Of a stretch of 64,000 bases of DNA, positions 20,574 through 29,582 are shown piece after piece (the first letter of the stretch is position 1; the number at the start of each line of letters is the position of its first letter). The translations under genes and the position numbers were made by a program. Source of the stretch: a candidate division WOR-3 bacterium. GTDB lineage: Bacteria; Hydrothermota; Tepidihabitantia; Tepidihabitantales; Tepidihabitantaceae. The stretch covers positions 1-64,000 of the forward strand of contig CBFGKH010000003.1 of NCBI GenBank assembly GCA_965649295.1, in the 5' to 3' direction. The notes beneath the pieces are model-generated. The model ran no database searches and was not told the DNA's origin. It saw nothing but the letters and a program-made list of their open reading frames with translations.

Positions 20574-22366
20574 CAGCTCACCACGAAAAGTTGCCCCCAA
20601 CTGCAACTCACACCATGAAAGGAGTTAGGGCGACCTATCCGGTCATCACGTTCGCGCATTCTTTCTAGCAGCAGTAGTCGCTCCCCAATGGCTCGGAAAG
20701 CGGGGCAAGCCGTCGCCCCAGCAAAGCGGACCGAACGCGGCTCGTCGATCAGAACAGCAACGACATACCTCGGCCGCTGCTTTGGGAAAAAACCGACAAA
20801 CGTCATCCGCGACCTGGTCTGAGAATAGCCGCGTCCCTCGGTCTTTTGCGCAGTACCGGTCTTACCGCACACGGAGACACCATCAATCTTGGCCTGAGTG
20901 CCCGTTCCCTCAAGGACAACCCGCTCCAAGATGTCCTTCATACGCCTAGCCGTCTCCGGCCGGAGCACTTGCCGGACAACCGTCGGACGAAAAGACGACA
21001 GTGTGCGTGTACCGCTGGTAATTGACGCTATCAGATAAGGCCGCAGATAGGCACCATCATTAGCGATACACATGTATGCTGACGCAAGCTGTAGCAGCGT
21101 GACCGTCAGGCCTTGACCGAAGGCAATATTCGCCAGTCGGAGCGTAGTCAATTGCTCGGGTCGGTCAATACTACCGGCGCCCTCTCCTGGCAGCCCGCAA
21201 CCTACCGGACTGCCAAATCCCAAACCCCGAGCAACATCGTAGAACAGTTGCGGCTCGATCTGCATCGAAAGTAGAGCGCAGCCGGGGTTCGATGACTTAA
21301 CAAATATGTCGTCAAATCCCAAAACCCCGTTAGGGTGGACGTCTTTGATCTTCCACTTGCCAATCTGAATGAAACCAGCGCTGACATCGTAGCTCTGCCT
21401 TGTCAGGCGATCGGCATTAGGACTCTCCAACGCAGCAGCGCAGACAACGATTTTGAAACTTGAACCCGGCTCGAACTGATCGAACAGTGCCGTGCACAAA
21501 TAGCGCTCCTTTGGGAAATTTCTGTAGCGAACCGGATCATACGAGGGATAATCACACAATCCAAGAATCGCTCCTGTTTGAGCATCAAGCACGACCGCCG
21601 CGGCCTTCAGCGCACCGGTCAGTTGCACCTGCTCACGCAACGCGGCAAAACAAATGTACTGAATATCAGTGTCGAGCGTTAGCCGAATGTCGGCACCAGC
21701 CTGTGCCGGTTCAACGGGGTAACTCGGATAGGGATACGAACGACCTACTGCATCACGCTGCAGCAGTGCCCAACCCCTTCGTCCGCGTAGTATCGAATCA
21801 TACTGCGCTTCAAGTCCGGCCAGACCGCGCTCTTCCCCAACGAAACCGACTACCGTCGCACAGACTTCACCATGTGGATAGTCGCGCTGGGCGTCATCAT
21901 CAACATATGTACAGTTTACAAATTGTCCGCGCACGAGGGCCGACCGTAACGACTCAGCTAGCGTGTAATCCAGCCCTCGTTTGAACCAAAACAACCGGTT
22001 GCGCCGCCAGAGTTCCTCTCGCGCTACCTGCTTTGAAGCAAGGCCGAAAGTTGCTAGCAAACCGGCGAGCTCCTCAACCTTCACTGAATCCCGGCGTCCC
22101 CCTGGGCCACCAGCACTGCCAATATATTGTGGTAGAATTCGTATCGACGCACAGGTGCGATTCAAGACAAGTGGTCGGCCCTGTCTATCGAAAATCCTGC
22201 CTCGGGGAGCGAGGAGTTCGAGTCGGCTCCAGTGCTGTCGTCGTGCCTCCGCCTCGTAGAATCGCCCTTGACCGATCTGCACATATCCTAGGTAACCGAG
22301 CAACGCCACCCAGACTGCGCCCATGACAACAGTCAGTATGATGTTCCGGCGGTAAGAATCATTCAT
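20573..22366 (-). CDS. ftsI: Class B penicillin-binding protein (FtsI/PBP3)
   Basis: RGRIFDR, EPGSSFK (SxxK), SSN (SxN), KTGT. Confidence 0.95.
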   Translation of the reverse strand: MNDSYRRNIILTVVMGAVWVALLGYLGYVQIGQGRFYEAEARRQHWSRLELLAPRGRIFDRQGRPLVLNRTCASIRILPQYIGSAGGPGGRRDSVKVEELAGLLATFGLASKQVAREELWRRNRLFWFKRGLDYTLAESLRSALVRGQFVNCTYVDDDAQRDYPHGEVCATVVGFVGEERGLAGLEAQYDSILRGRRGWALLQRDAVGRSYPYPSYPVEPAQAGADIRLTLDTDIQYICFAALREQVQLTGALKAAAVVLDAQTGAILGLCDYPSYDPVRYRNFPKERYLCTALFDQFEPGSSFKIVVCAAALESPNADRLTRQSYDVSAGFIQIGKWKIKDVHPNGVLGFDDIFVKSSNPGCALLSMQIEPQLFYDVARGLGFGSPVGCGLPGEGAGSIDRPEQLTTLRLANIAFGQGLTVTLLQLASAYMCIANDGAYLRPYLIASITSGTRTLSSFRPTVVRQVLRPETARRMKDILERVVLEGTGTQAKIDGVSVCGKTGTAQKTEGRGYSQTRSRMTFVGFFPKQRPRYVVAVLIDEPRSVRFAGATACPAFRAIGERLLLLERMRERDDRIGRPNSFHGVSCSWGQLFVVS

Positions 22367-22692
22367 TGGGCACCAGCGAGGATAGTGTCAGACCCTACTA
22401 CTGACCGCTGAGACTCAGCTGCAGATCGTACTACATGCTGGTCGCCGTCAGGCCGGACCGAAACCGCTGTCACATGACGACAGCTCTGCCAGATTGACTC
22501 GATGCGTGCAAAGGACGACAACTGGTCAATCTCAACCCTCAGCTGCTCACGTTTCTCGCATAACATTTGTCGTTGCTTAGCAAGATAGGTTATTCGCCGG
22601 GTCAGCCGCAGACTCCAGTTATGCTGAAACAAGTAACCCAAGGCCAACACGCAAAGCAAGAACACAACTACAAACCCCTTGGGCGAAGTCAT
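22363..22692 (-). CDS. ftsL: Cell division protein FtsL-like
   Basis: Single TM plus coiled coil ending LSSFARIE; lies between rsmH and ftsI. Confidence 0.75.
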   Translation of the reverse strand: MTSPKGFVVVFLLCVLALGYLFQHNWSLRLTRRITYLAKQRQMLCEKREQLRVEIDQLSSFARIESIWQSCRHVTAVSVRPDGDQHVVRSAAESQRSVVGSDTILAGAQ

Positions 22693-23642
22693 GGCGCGAA
22701 GCTGCTGAAACCCGATGAATCAATTACCTTCTCTGCCGCTCGAAGACGGGCGCTACGGCACCGCGGATTGTCGACTAATTCCCGAGAGTTAGGTCGAACC
22801 GGCTTGGGCGTCAGGATACGCAATACGCCGGCAGTTGATGCCTGACGCAGACACTCCTTTGCTATCCGGTCCTCGAGCGAGTGATAAGAAATCACGACTA
22901 GTCTGCCCCCACGGCCCAACAGCTTAATTGCGCTTTGTAGGCCAGTGCGAACGGCAACCAACTCGGCATTGACGGCAATCCGCAAAGCCTGGAAAACCCG
23001 CATTAGCGCCTTGTGCCTGAATCTTGCCGGTACCGCTGCTCGAATAGCTGCCGCCAAGTCAGCAGTTGTCTCAATACTATGACGCCGTTCAAATATGACG
23101 CGTGCAATCCGTCCACTCATTGGTTCTTCACCGTAAGTCCTAAGTAGTTCGCGCAGGTCCCGCGCCGACTTTTGCCGAATGAGCTCTCTTGCTGTTGGGC
23201 CTCCAGCTGATACATCAAATCTCATATCTAACGGCCCATCCACTTGAAAGCCGAAGCCACGATGGCAGCTCACGAGCTGATGTAGCGAAACGCCGAGGTC
23301 AAAGAGAACACCCGTCACTGCATGCAAGTTCCGACTGAGCACAATCTCTGCCATCCGCTCATAGCTTGCCTGCAGTAGCAGCTTGTTGTCATACCCAACC
23401 AGTTCCTGCTCAGCCCAAACAATAGCTTCCCTATCGCGGTCAAGCCCAACCAAGAAGAGCCCGCTTCCCACGCCAGCATGAGCCAGGATTGCCTTGGCGT
23501 GGCCTCCGCCGCCAACCGTTGCGTCAACAACTGTGCCAGAACTCGGACGCAGGTACTCAAGTACCTCATCCACCATCACCGGTACGTGGAAAACCAATGT
23601 CGCTTGCTCCGCCCGGCCTCTCTTGTTTAAATTCGCCGTCAA
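22689..23642 (-). CDS. rsmH: 16S rRNA m4C1402 methyltransferase
   Basis: HVPV, DATVGGGGH, DLGVS, PLDMR, FQALRI, ISYHSLEDR, RSARLR; start may be TTG 23597. Confidence 0.97.
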   Translation of the reverse strand: MTANLNKRGRAEQATLVFHVPVMVDEVLEYLRPSSGTVVDATVGGGGHAKAILAHAGVGSGLFLVGLDRDREAIVWAEQELVGYDNKLLLQASYERMAEIVLSRNLHAVTGVLFDLGVSLHQLVSCHRGFGFQVDGPLDMRFDVSAGGPTARELIRQKSARDLRELLRTYGEEPMSGRIARVIFERRHSIETTADLAAAIRAAVPARFRHKALMRVFQALRIAVNAELVAVRTGLQSAIKLLGRGGRLVVISYHSLEDRIAKECLRQASTAGVLRILTPKPVRPNSRELVDNPRCRSARLRAAEKVIDSSGFSSFAP

Positions 23643-24087
23643 GAAGATTCAGATCTTCTCGATAGTGCCCCTCTGCAGCCAGCAGGTATTGACGATAACG
23701 ACGAGGCTCCCAGATCTCGAAGAAAGGACCGACACCAAGTACGACGGCAGAATCAACAATACCTGCCATGTCTCGCAGGTTCTTCGGAATCAGCACCCTT
23801 CCCTGGCCATCAATCTCGACTTCGCGGGCACTGGCGAGCCGTGACCGGCGAATTCGGAGTGCTTGTTCATCATATAGCGGCAGACGCCCCATCTTCTGAG
23901 AAAAGTGTTCAGCCCATTCGTTCGCAGAGTGAACCTCAATGCAGTCGTCAGCACCACGTACTAAGACAAGACTGCAACGCTCACTAGGTAGTAACCGTCG
24001 GAAGGCATTAGGCACAGCGATCCGACCCTTCGAGTCAACAGAATGCTCGAACTCGCCTATATATATGGTCTTCGAGTTGTTCACCAC
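23566..24087 (-). CDS. mraZ: Division/cell wall cluster repressor MraZ
   Basis: Two DxKGR/DGQGR AbrB-like repeats, EIW; true start must lie downstream of the promoter, probably GTG 24087 or 24084. Confidence 0.95.
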   Translation of the reverse strand: MVNNSKTIYIGEFEHSVDSKGRIAVPNAFRRLLPSERCSLVLVRGADDCIEVHSANEWAEHFSQKMGRLPLYDEQALRIRRSRLASAREVEIDGQGRVLIPKNLRDMAGIVDSAVVLGVGPFFEIWEPRRYRQYLLAAEGHYREDLNLLDGEFKQERPGGASDIGFPRTGDGG

Positions 24088-24110
24088 TGTCCACCACTTT
24101 TCAACACTTT
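24081..24110 (-). promoter_or_regulatory. MraZ-binding direct repeats (three 10-bp units)
   Basis: Minus strand AAAGTGTTGA-AAAGTGGTGG-ACAGTGGTGA, matching the known 10-bp-periodic GTG(G/T) MraZ boxes. Confidence 0.8.
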
Positions 24111-24115
24111 TGTGC

Positions 24116-24144
24116 ATTGTATGCCCACCGCATCTCGGTGTCAA
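24116..24144 (-). promoter_or_regulatory. dcw cluster promoter TTGACA-N17-TACAAT
   Basis: Near-perfect sigma70 consensus immediately upstream of the MraZ boxes. Confidence 0.85.
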
Positions 24145-24343
24145 GATGATAATCCTCCGATACGTCTCTAGCGCAATTATTTGAAAAACATCGCTTTAAG
24201 GCAATGATGCGGGAAAAGGAGAGCAAAACCCAAGACTGAGGAATCACTCACATGCTCAATTGCTGACTGCTAGTCTCTGTTAAGATGAAGTCAAGAGCAA
24301 GTTTCCCGTGTATCGCAGACTCAGTGCGACACGCTTACCACCG

Positions 24344-25212
24344 CTACTGTAAGAACCGAGTTTGTGCGAATAAGTTGGCCGCGGCCGCTGACCTTGCGAC
24401 TGGGGGGCTAGGCAGTCGGAAATCTACCCAAACTGGAGCATGATCGGATCGCAGTCTGCTCGGCGCCCAACCTTGCATCTGCCTCGGACTTTCCGCTGGC
24501 AACTGATCCTCAACGCCAGCAGCGACCACGAGCATCGAAAGATGCTGGTTCACCAAAGTGTGATCGATGGGCTGGCGACGTCCGTAACCAACGTTGACTG
24601 TAACTGGTCTTGCAATGCACCGCTGCACAACAGGCGCAAGCAGGGCGATGCCATTCTTCTCTCCACTGCCTCGTCACTCAGACACCGCAGACCAGCCGCC
24701 TCTGAATCCGGTTCTGGGCCGACAGATCACGCCCAAGGATTTGTCTTCTCCTCGGCGGAACAGGCGAGGGTATTGCTTCGACTTCGGCACATTGCGATCT
24801 TAAAGTGTACAAGGACAACAAGCAGGTCCTCCCCGTGGGGCAAGACCACTCGTGCCCAAAGCACCCGACGACGAAACGGTTGAGTAGTAACCTTTAGAGG
24901 CTATGCAGCCGAGACAACTGGAAACTCATGCCATTGGCCACTCGCAAGCAGTGGCATTCGACATAGAGCATTGCCATATGAATCCGCCTCATAGCTGGTG
25001 GTGGATCGGCAATCAGTCTTGTGTCGTCGGCAGGTAGAAGCCCGGCAAGGAACTCTCCTGGTCAGATGCCTCGTTGATTACAAACATGTCGGCATAAAGA
25101 CGGCTCAGCAAATTATCTATGTAGCCAGGCTTCGCGGCATACAATCCGTCATCCCGTCATCGATAGAGTAAGCTTGACCAAGATTGTGCACGTTGTATGT
25201 TGCCAGACGAAA
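24344..25212 (-). pseudogene. Fragmented exonuclease/endonuclease/phosphatase (EEP) family gene
   Basis: Collinear motifs in different frames: FRLATYNVHNL, LYADMFVINE, FRRRVLWARVVLPHGEDLLVVLVHFK, PIDHTLV, SDHAPVWVDF, separated by stops and frameshifts. Confidence 0.8.
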
Positions 25213-25266
25213 CTACTTCAACGCTGCGCTGTCTGAAGTACAAACTGACCAGAACCCGGCGCAGTC

Positions 25267-25722
25267 TCAATGTGCCGGGCCAGAACCGCCTGAGTAAGGA
25301 ATATCTGCAAAGTGTTCTAGTATGTAGCGCTTGCCTTCCCTCCAGTACTGTACGATCTCAGTCGCTACACAGTCCCGACAGAGCGCAAGGGCCTGTGGAC
25401 CGAATCCACGTGGAAGATAGATGTGCAGCCGCGCCCCCAGTTTGCTGAACGCCAACCACTCGGCAGCTTCGACGACATCAACTGTGGATTCAGTCTCGAC
25501 CTCAACCAAAGTCACAATCCTATCAGTGTTGGCGTCAATAACGACCAGATCAGGAAAGAGGTCCTGATGTTCCGGACCGTGGACTGCTTTGGTCTTGGTG
25601 GGGTGATTGGCGAAAGTCAGCAGTTGAGGATGCTTGGCGTTTGGATAGTTGTAGTACTCCAGACGTAGCAAACGTACGATATGATCGTGAAGGACCTGCT
25701 CCTCTGGCTCTCGGCCCGGCAT
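25267..25722 (-). CDS. Hypothetical protein, possible PD-(D/E)XK nuclease-like fold
   Basis: GGAGG RBS before ATG 25722; FPDLVVID...LVEVETE pattern. Confidence 0.65.
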   Translation of the reverse strand: MPGREPEEQVLHDHIVRLLRLEYYNYPNAKHPQLLTFANHPTKTKAVHGPEHQDLFPDLVVIDANTDRIVTLVEVETESTVDVVEAAEWLAFSKLGARLHIYLPRGFGPQALALCRDCVATEIVQYWREGKRYILEHFADIPYSGGSGPAH

Positions 25723-25891
25723 GGCACCTCCTGGTGTCGAGACCTTTCCTGAGTGGCGGACATAATTTGTTACTGCCAAAACACCCTCTTGTCAAGACCG
25801 AACGAACCAATCACGTCTCACGTCACCCGCTCAGTACTCACCAAATTTCCGTCTGCCACTGTCGTTGACTCCCGATTACGACCAACCTGAA

Positions 25892-26104
25892 TCACAGGCC
25901 ATCTGCCTCAAACTTCTCCTGACGGAGCAGCCCATCTGTGGCGCGAATCCTTTGCTCATAGACCCTGGCTGCCTCATCAATCTTGACCGTCGGCTCATAC
26001 CTTGTTGTTTGAACCCTTCGCACCCGGTAGGCCCAGAACGAGCCGGCCAGCAGCAGACAACCGAACATGAACTCAATCGCTAGAAACAGCCGTCGCGTGA
26101 CCAC
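25892..26104 (-). CDS. Small (70 aa) single-TM hypothetical protein
   Basis: Strong RBS AGGAGGAGG before GTG 26104; hydrophobic LFLAIEFMFGCLLLAGSFWAY; sigma54 promoter upstream. Confidence 0.7.
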   Translation of the reverse strand: MVTRRLFLAIEFMFGCLLLAGSFWAYRVRRVQTTRYEPTVKIDEAARVYEQRIRATDGLLRQEKFEADGL

Positions 26105-26154
26105 GGCCTCCTCCTTTGTTTGACGATTCACCTTGTCAGTCACGCTCACAAGAC

Positions 26155-26170
26155 TGCATGTAGCGTGCCG
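26155..26170 (-). promoter_or_regulatory. sigma54 (-24/-12) promoter
   Basis: CGGCACGCTACATGCA: GG-N10-GC with GGCAC and TGCA consensus elements. Confidence 0.7.
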
Positions 26171-26242
26171 ACCTAAGCCAAGTCACTAACCTATTAGACA
26201 CGCAGCACTTATTTGGAACTACCCCTAAGGAGACGACAACTC

Positions 26243-26261
26243 TGTCTCATCCACTGAGACA
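26243..26261. promoter_or_regulatory. Palindromic upstream activator sequence for a sigma54 activator
   Basis: TGTCTCA-N5-TGAGACA perfect inverted repeat about 100-115 bp upstream of predicted sigma54 start. Confidence 0.65.
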
Positions 26262-26351
26262 TGGGGAGAACATCGGTTCTGCGTCGAAACAGCGTTACTA
26301 GCGAATTATCAGTGACTTACGGTCAGAAACCCTTGGCTTCGTGATTGTCAC

Positions 26352-29063
26352 CTAATGGGAGAGGCGATCCGCTGGCCGAGTTATACCGTGTTTCCGCATT
26401 AATCGGTAGAACTGTGCACGACTATAGCCAGCAGCTATGGCGGCCCTCCTCACGTTCCAGCCCGTACGCGTGAGATGCTCAACTATCATCTGACGCTCGG
26501 CGTCAGCCGTTGCCGTCGTCACGGCAACCCGACGGGCCTCGCGCAAAGTCGATGCCGAGCCGGCCGGCTGAGAAGCCGCCCGCTGAATACGGTCCGGCAG
26601 ACTTGTCAACTCAATGACGTTCGAGTTGGCAAGCAGGACTGCCTGTTCAATGACGTGTTCAAGCTCACGAATGTTGCCCGGCCAGCTGTAACGAACTAGA
26701 GCAGTCATCGCCGCCGGACTCACGCCACCAACGCAACGACCAAACTCATGGTTTGCACAGCTGATGAAGTAGCTGACGAGCTCCGGGATGTCTTCGGAGT
26801 GTTGGCGCAACGAAGGTAGTCGCAATTCCACCCCATTCAGCCGGTAGTAGAGGTCGGCTCGCAATTGACCGTTGGCAATCAGTGTAGCCGGCTCGCGATT
26901 TGTTGCGGCGACTACTCGAACATCAACTCTTATCGGTCTGCGTCCACCCAGTCGCTCAAAGCAGTGCTCTTCCAAGACTCGCAGCAGCTTTGCCTGCAGG
27001 GCCGGACTCATATCACCGATCTCATCGAGGAAAATCGTACCCCCATCGGCCGCTTCAAGCTTTCCCTGCCGCGCAACCACACCAGTGGCAGCACCTTTCT
27101 CGACACCAAAAAACTCTGCTTCGAGTAATTCCTCTGGAACAGCGGCGCAGTTGACTGCCACAAACGGCCGAACAGCACGCGGACCCGAGTCGTGAAGCGC
27201 ACGGGCCACGAGCTCTTTCCCGGTTCCACTCTCACCCAGAATCAGCACCGGGATGTTCGTTTCGGCAACACGACTGGCAGTAGCCAAACAATTCAGCATC
27301 TGCGGGTTACGACTGACAATTCCACGGTAGCGGAGCTCCGCGACTTCCCTCGGTTTGGCTGTCGCCGGCACAGCGAGTTGGCAGAGTGACTCAACGGCTG
27401 GCGCCAGTAGATTGCTGACCGCTTCAAGGACCAGTTCACTGTGAACTGCTGGGCGAGGCTCGCTTCGTTCGAGATGGAACCAGCCGTGACCCTGCCCGCC
27501 GATTGTCAGCGGCCAACGCAGAACCGTGTCGGTATGGTGTACGCCCACCGGCGTTGCTGCACGAACGCGTTCACTGTCCGGGCATCCAATCTGCAGCAAC
27601 AGCCGGTCACTGACAACCAGCGCCGCCGAATCGAACCCCAGGCCTTCGCACAATAGTTCCACTGACTGCTGAAGCAACAAGCCCGGTGGAAGCCCCAGTG
27701 CGGCTAGCCCGGAGATTCCTCCAAGCAGCGCCATGTCACGGTCCATCGTCAGGTCAATACGAAACAACAGCCGACTAGCAGCAACAGCATCGGCAACGAC
27801 TCCGAGCCGACGAAACACCCGGCCTGCAGGTTTGATCAAGGCGGCAGCCGCTGCCGATTCGCCTCGCTCAAGAAGAAATTTGCCATAGTGAAGCCGAACC
27901 TTAGCCAGTTCGTAACTCTCCTCCATCTCGGCCAGAAGCGCCACTGCTCGTTCAAAAGCGGCTCTGGCCTCCTCGTATTCACCACGGGCGGCTGCGGCCT
28001 GAGCTAGCAGACGCCAGGCTTCACTTTCGTCCGGCCGCAGCTCACTATGCGCCGCCAGTGCGGCCGCCCTACGGGCTAGTTCAGTAGCACGAACCGGATC
28101 GCCCATGCGCAAGGAAAGCTCGGCTTGATTGGTGAGAGCAATGCCCAGCTCGCGCTGATCACCGCTCGTCTCAGCCAGCGCCATTGCCCGGCTCACAGCC
28201 TCACTTGCCTTGGCAAGATTGCCTTGCCGCAGGTACGCTCGAGTCAAACTGTTGAGAGCGTAACGAACAGTCTCCGGCGGTGAATCGCTCTTGTCAGCTG
28301 GATCGACAGCCGCCGTCAACAACTGAATTGCCCGATCAACGTGGTCACGATTCAAGAATACTTCCCCGAGCCCCAGCAGCGCATAACCACGCTGACCGAC
28401 AATCTTGTGGGCATCAATTGTTGCTAGAGCGCGGTAGAACGAAGTAACAGCATCTTCCCAGCGACCGAGTTGTTGCAGAGCTACACCGATGTTTATGCTG
28501 CGTAGGGCCCGGCCGGCGTTATCATTGAGCTCGTCGTCAATGGCCAGGCAATCCTGGTAGTAGTGCAGCGCCTCGGCTGGACTGCCATGATTACTGAACA
28601 GATTGCCCAACTGGTTCAGCGCCGCTCCGACCCCAAGACGAAACCCACAGGCTTGCCAATGACCCATGGCTTCCTCGTAGCGATCACGGGCAAGCTGGCA
28701 CTCTCCGCGCAATTCATGGACCTGCCCACGCAGGTAGCTTGCTTGGCCGGCATGACGCCGCGAACCAAGTGCCAAAGCAGCCTCATCGATCCAACCGATA
28801 CACTCGCTGGCCTCATCGAGGCTGCCTGCCGCCAGCAGCAGTTGACAAAGCAAGCGGCCCGCATCTGCCAAGTCGGCGTAGCTGGCAAACTTTCGTGCTA
28901 GTACCGCTGCCCGGCGCACTGTTTGCTCTGCTTCAGCCGAACGACGGGTGACAAGTTCATGGCCGATCCGAATCAGCAAGGGTAACCGCTCCAAATCGGA
29001 CTTGCACTCGGCCAGCTTCTGCCTGAGCAAGGCGACCTTGTCAGTTGAATCCTCAGCTACCAT
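26352..29063 (-). CDS. TPR-repeat sigma54-interacting transcriptional activator (AAA+ plus Fis-type HTH)
   Basis: GESGTGKE, FVAVNCAA, GAATGV (GAFTGA loop variant), FLDEIGDM, LYYRL, WPGNIREL, C-terminal HTH; N-terminal TPR-like helices. Confidence 0.93.
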   Translation of the reverse strand: MVAEDSTDKVALLRQKLAECKSDLERLPLLIRIGHELVTRRSAEAEQTVRRAAVLARKFASYADLADAGRLLCQLLLAAGSLDEASECIGWIDEAALALGSRRHAGQASYLRGQVHELRGECQLARDRYEEAMGHWQACGFRLGVGAALNQLGNLFSNHGSPAEALHYYQDCLAIDDELNDNAGRALRSINIGVALQQLGRWEDAVTSFYRALATIDAHKIVGQRGYALLGLGEVFLNRDHVDRAIQLLTAAVDPADKSDSPPETVRYALNSLTRAYLRQGNLAKASEAVSRAMALAETSGDQRELGIALTNQAELSLRMGDPVRATELARRAAALAAHSELRPDESEAWRLLAQAAAARGEYEEARAAFERAVALLAEMEESYELAKVRLHYGKFLLERGESAAAAALIKPAGRVFRRLGVVADAVAASRLLFRIDLTMDRDMALLGGISGLAALGLPPGLLLQQSVELLCEGLGFDSAALVVSDRLLLQIGCPDSERVRAATPVGVHHTDTVLRWPLTIGGQGHGWFHLERSEPRPAVHSELVLEAVSNLLAPAVESLCQLAVPATAKPREVAELRYRGIVSRNPQMLNCLATASRVAETNIPVLILGESGTGKELVARALHDSGPRAVRPFVAVNCAAVPEELLEAEFFGVEKGAATGVVARQGKLEAADGGTIFLDEIGDMSPALQAKLLRVLEEHCFERLGGRRPIRVDVRVVAATNREPATLIANGQLRADLYYRLNGVELRLPSLRQHSEDIPELVSYFISCANHEFGRCVGGVSPAAMTALVRYSWPGNIRELEHVIEQAVLLANSNVIELTSLPDRIQRAASQPAGSASTLREARRVAVTTATADAERQMIVEHLTRTGWNVRRAAIAAGYSRAQFYRLMRKHGITRPADRLSH

Positions 29064-29121
29064 CTACCACTGCCATCATAAGTTGCAGTCGCGGCGAGTC
29101 AAGACAGGATAGTGCTTAGTA

Positions 29122-29150
29122 TTGACAGCAAGTTACGCAACCGGTAAGCT
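29122..29150 (+). promoter_or_regulatory. sigma70-type promoter TTGACA-N17-TAAGCT; divergent TTGACT-N16-TATGAT at 29102-29075 drives the activator
   Basis: Hexamers read directly. Confidence 0.65.
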
Positions 29151-29265
29151 GGGCTACCCTTAGGAGCGGCGTCGGACTGCTGGGGCTCGACAACCGCAGA
29201 AGGGTAAGACCGTTAGGGTAAGAGAAGAGTGCCGGCGATTGGAGCGTCGGCCGGAAGGAGTCTTC

Positions 29266-29523
29266 ATGGTTTTCAAGCTCAGCGACCCCGAGATGCAGTG
29301 TCCGAACTGCTTCAAAGCCCACAAAGATAGTCACTCAATCCACATCTGCCCGAAGTGCGGCAGCGTGTTTACCGTCACCGGTCCCAAAGTTGGCACCGAT
29401 GGCCACCCAGCGCCTCAACCGTGTCCGGGTGTTGATTGTGGTGAGCTGCGCGTCGAGGCGGTATCCTATGTCTGTGCTGTCTGCCGCTGGGTTGAGCCCT
29501 TCCAAGGGCGTGCCTTGCAGTAG
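29266..29523 (+). CDS. Small double zinc-ribbon protein
   Basis: RBS GAAGGAG before ATG 29266; CPNC, CPKC, CPGVDC, CAVC; own promoter and terminator. Confidence 0.75.
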   Translation: MVFKLSDPEMQCPNCFKAHKDSHSIHICPKCGSVFTVTGPKVGTDGHPAPQPCPGVDCGELRVEAVSYVCAVCRWVEPFQGRALQ

Positions 29524-29540
29524 GCTGCTACGATGAACGT

Positions 29541-29568
29541 GGCGGGGGACGCTACCGCGTCCCCCGCC
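29541..29568. terminator. Hairpin between convergent Zn-ribbon gene and fabG
   Basis: GGCGGGGGACGC-tacc-GCGTCCCCCGCC perfect 12-bp stem. Confidence 0.8.
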
Positions 29569-29582
29569 GACTCTTTCAGCAA

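Noticed and set aside
24440..24883. 147-aa plus-strand ORF in the apparent intergenic gap
   Set aside because: Antisense to the EEP pseudogene, which explains the region better
29151..29265. Assignment to yybP-ykoY, fluoride riboswitch or SRP RNA
   Set aside because: Only partial word-level similarity; core consensus nucleotides are missing
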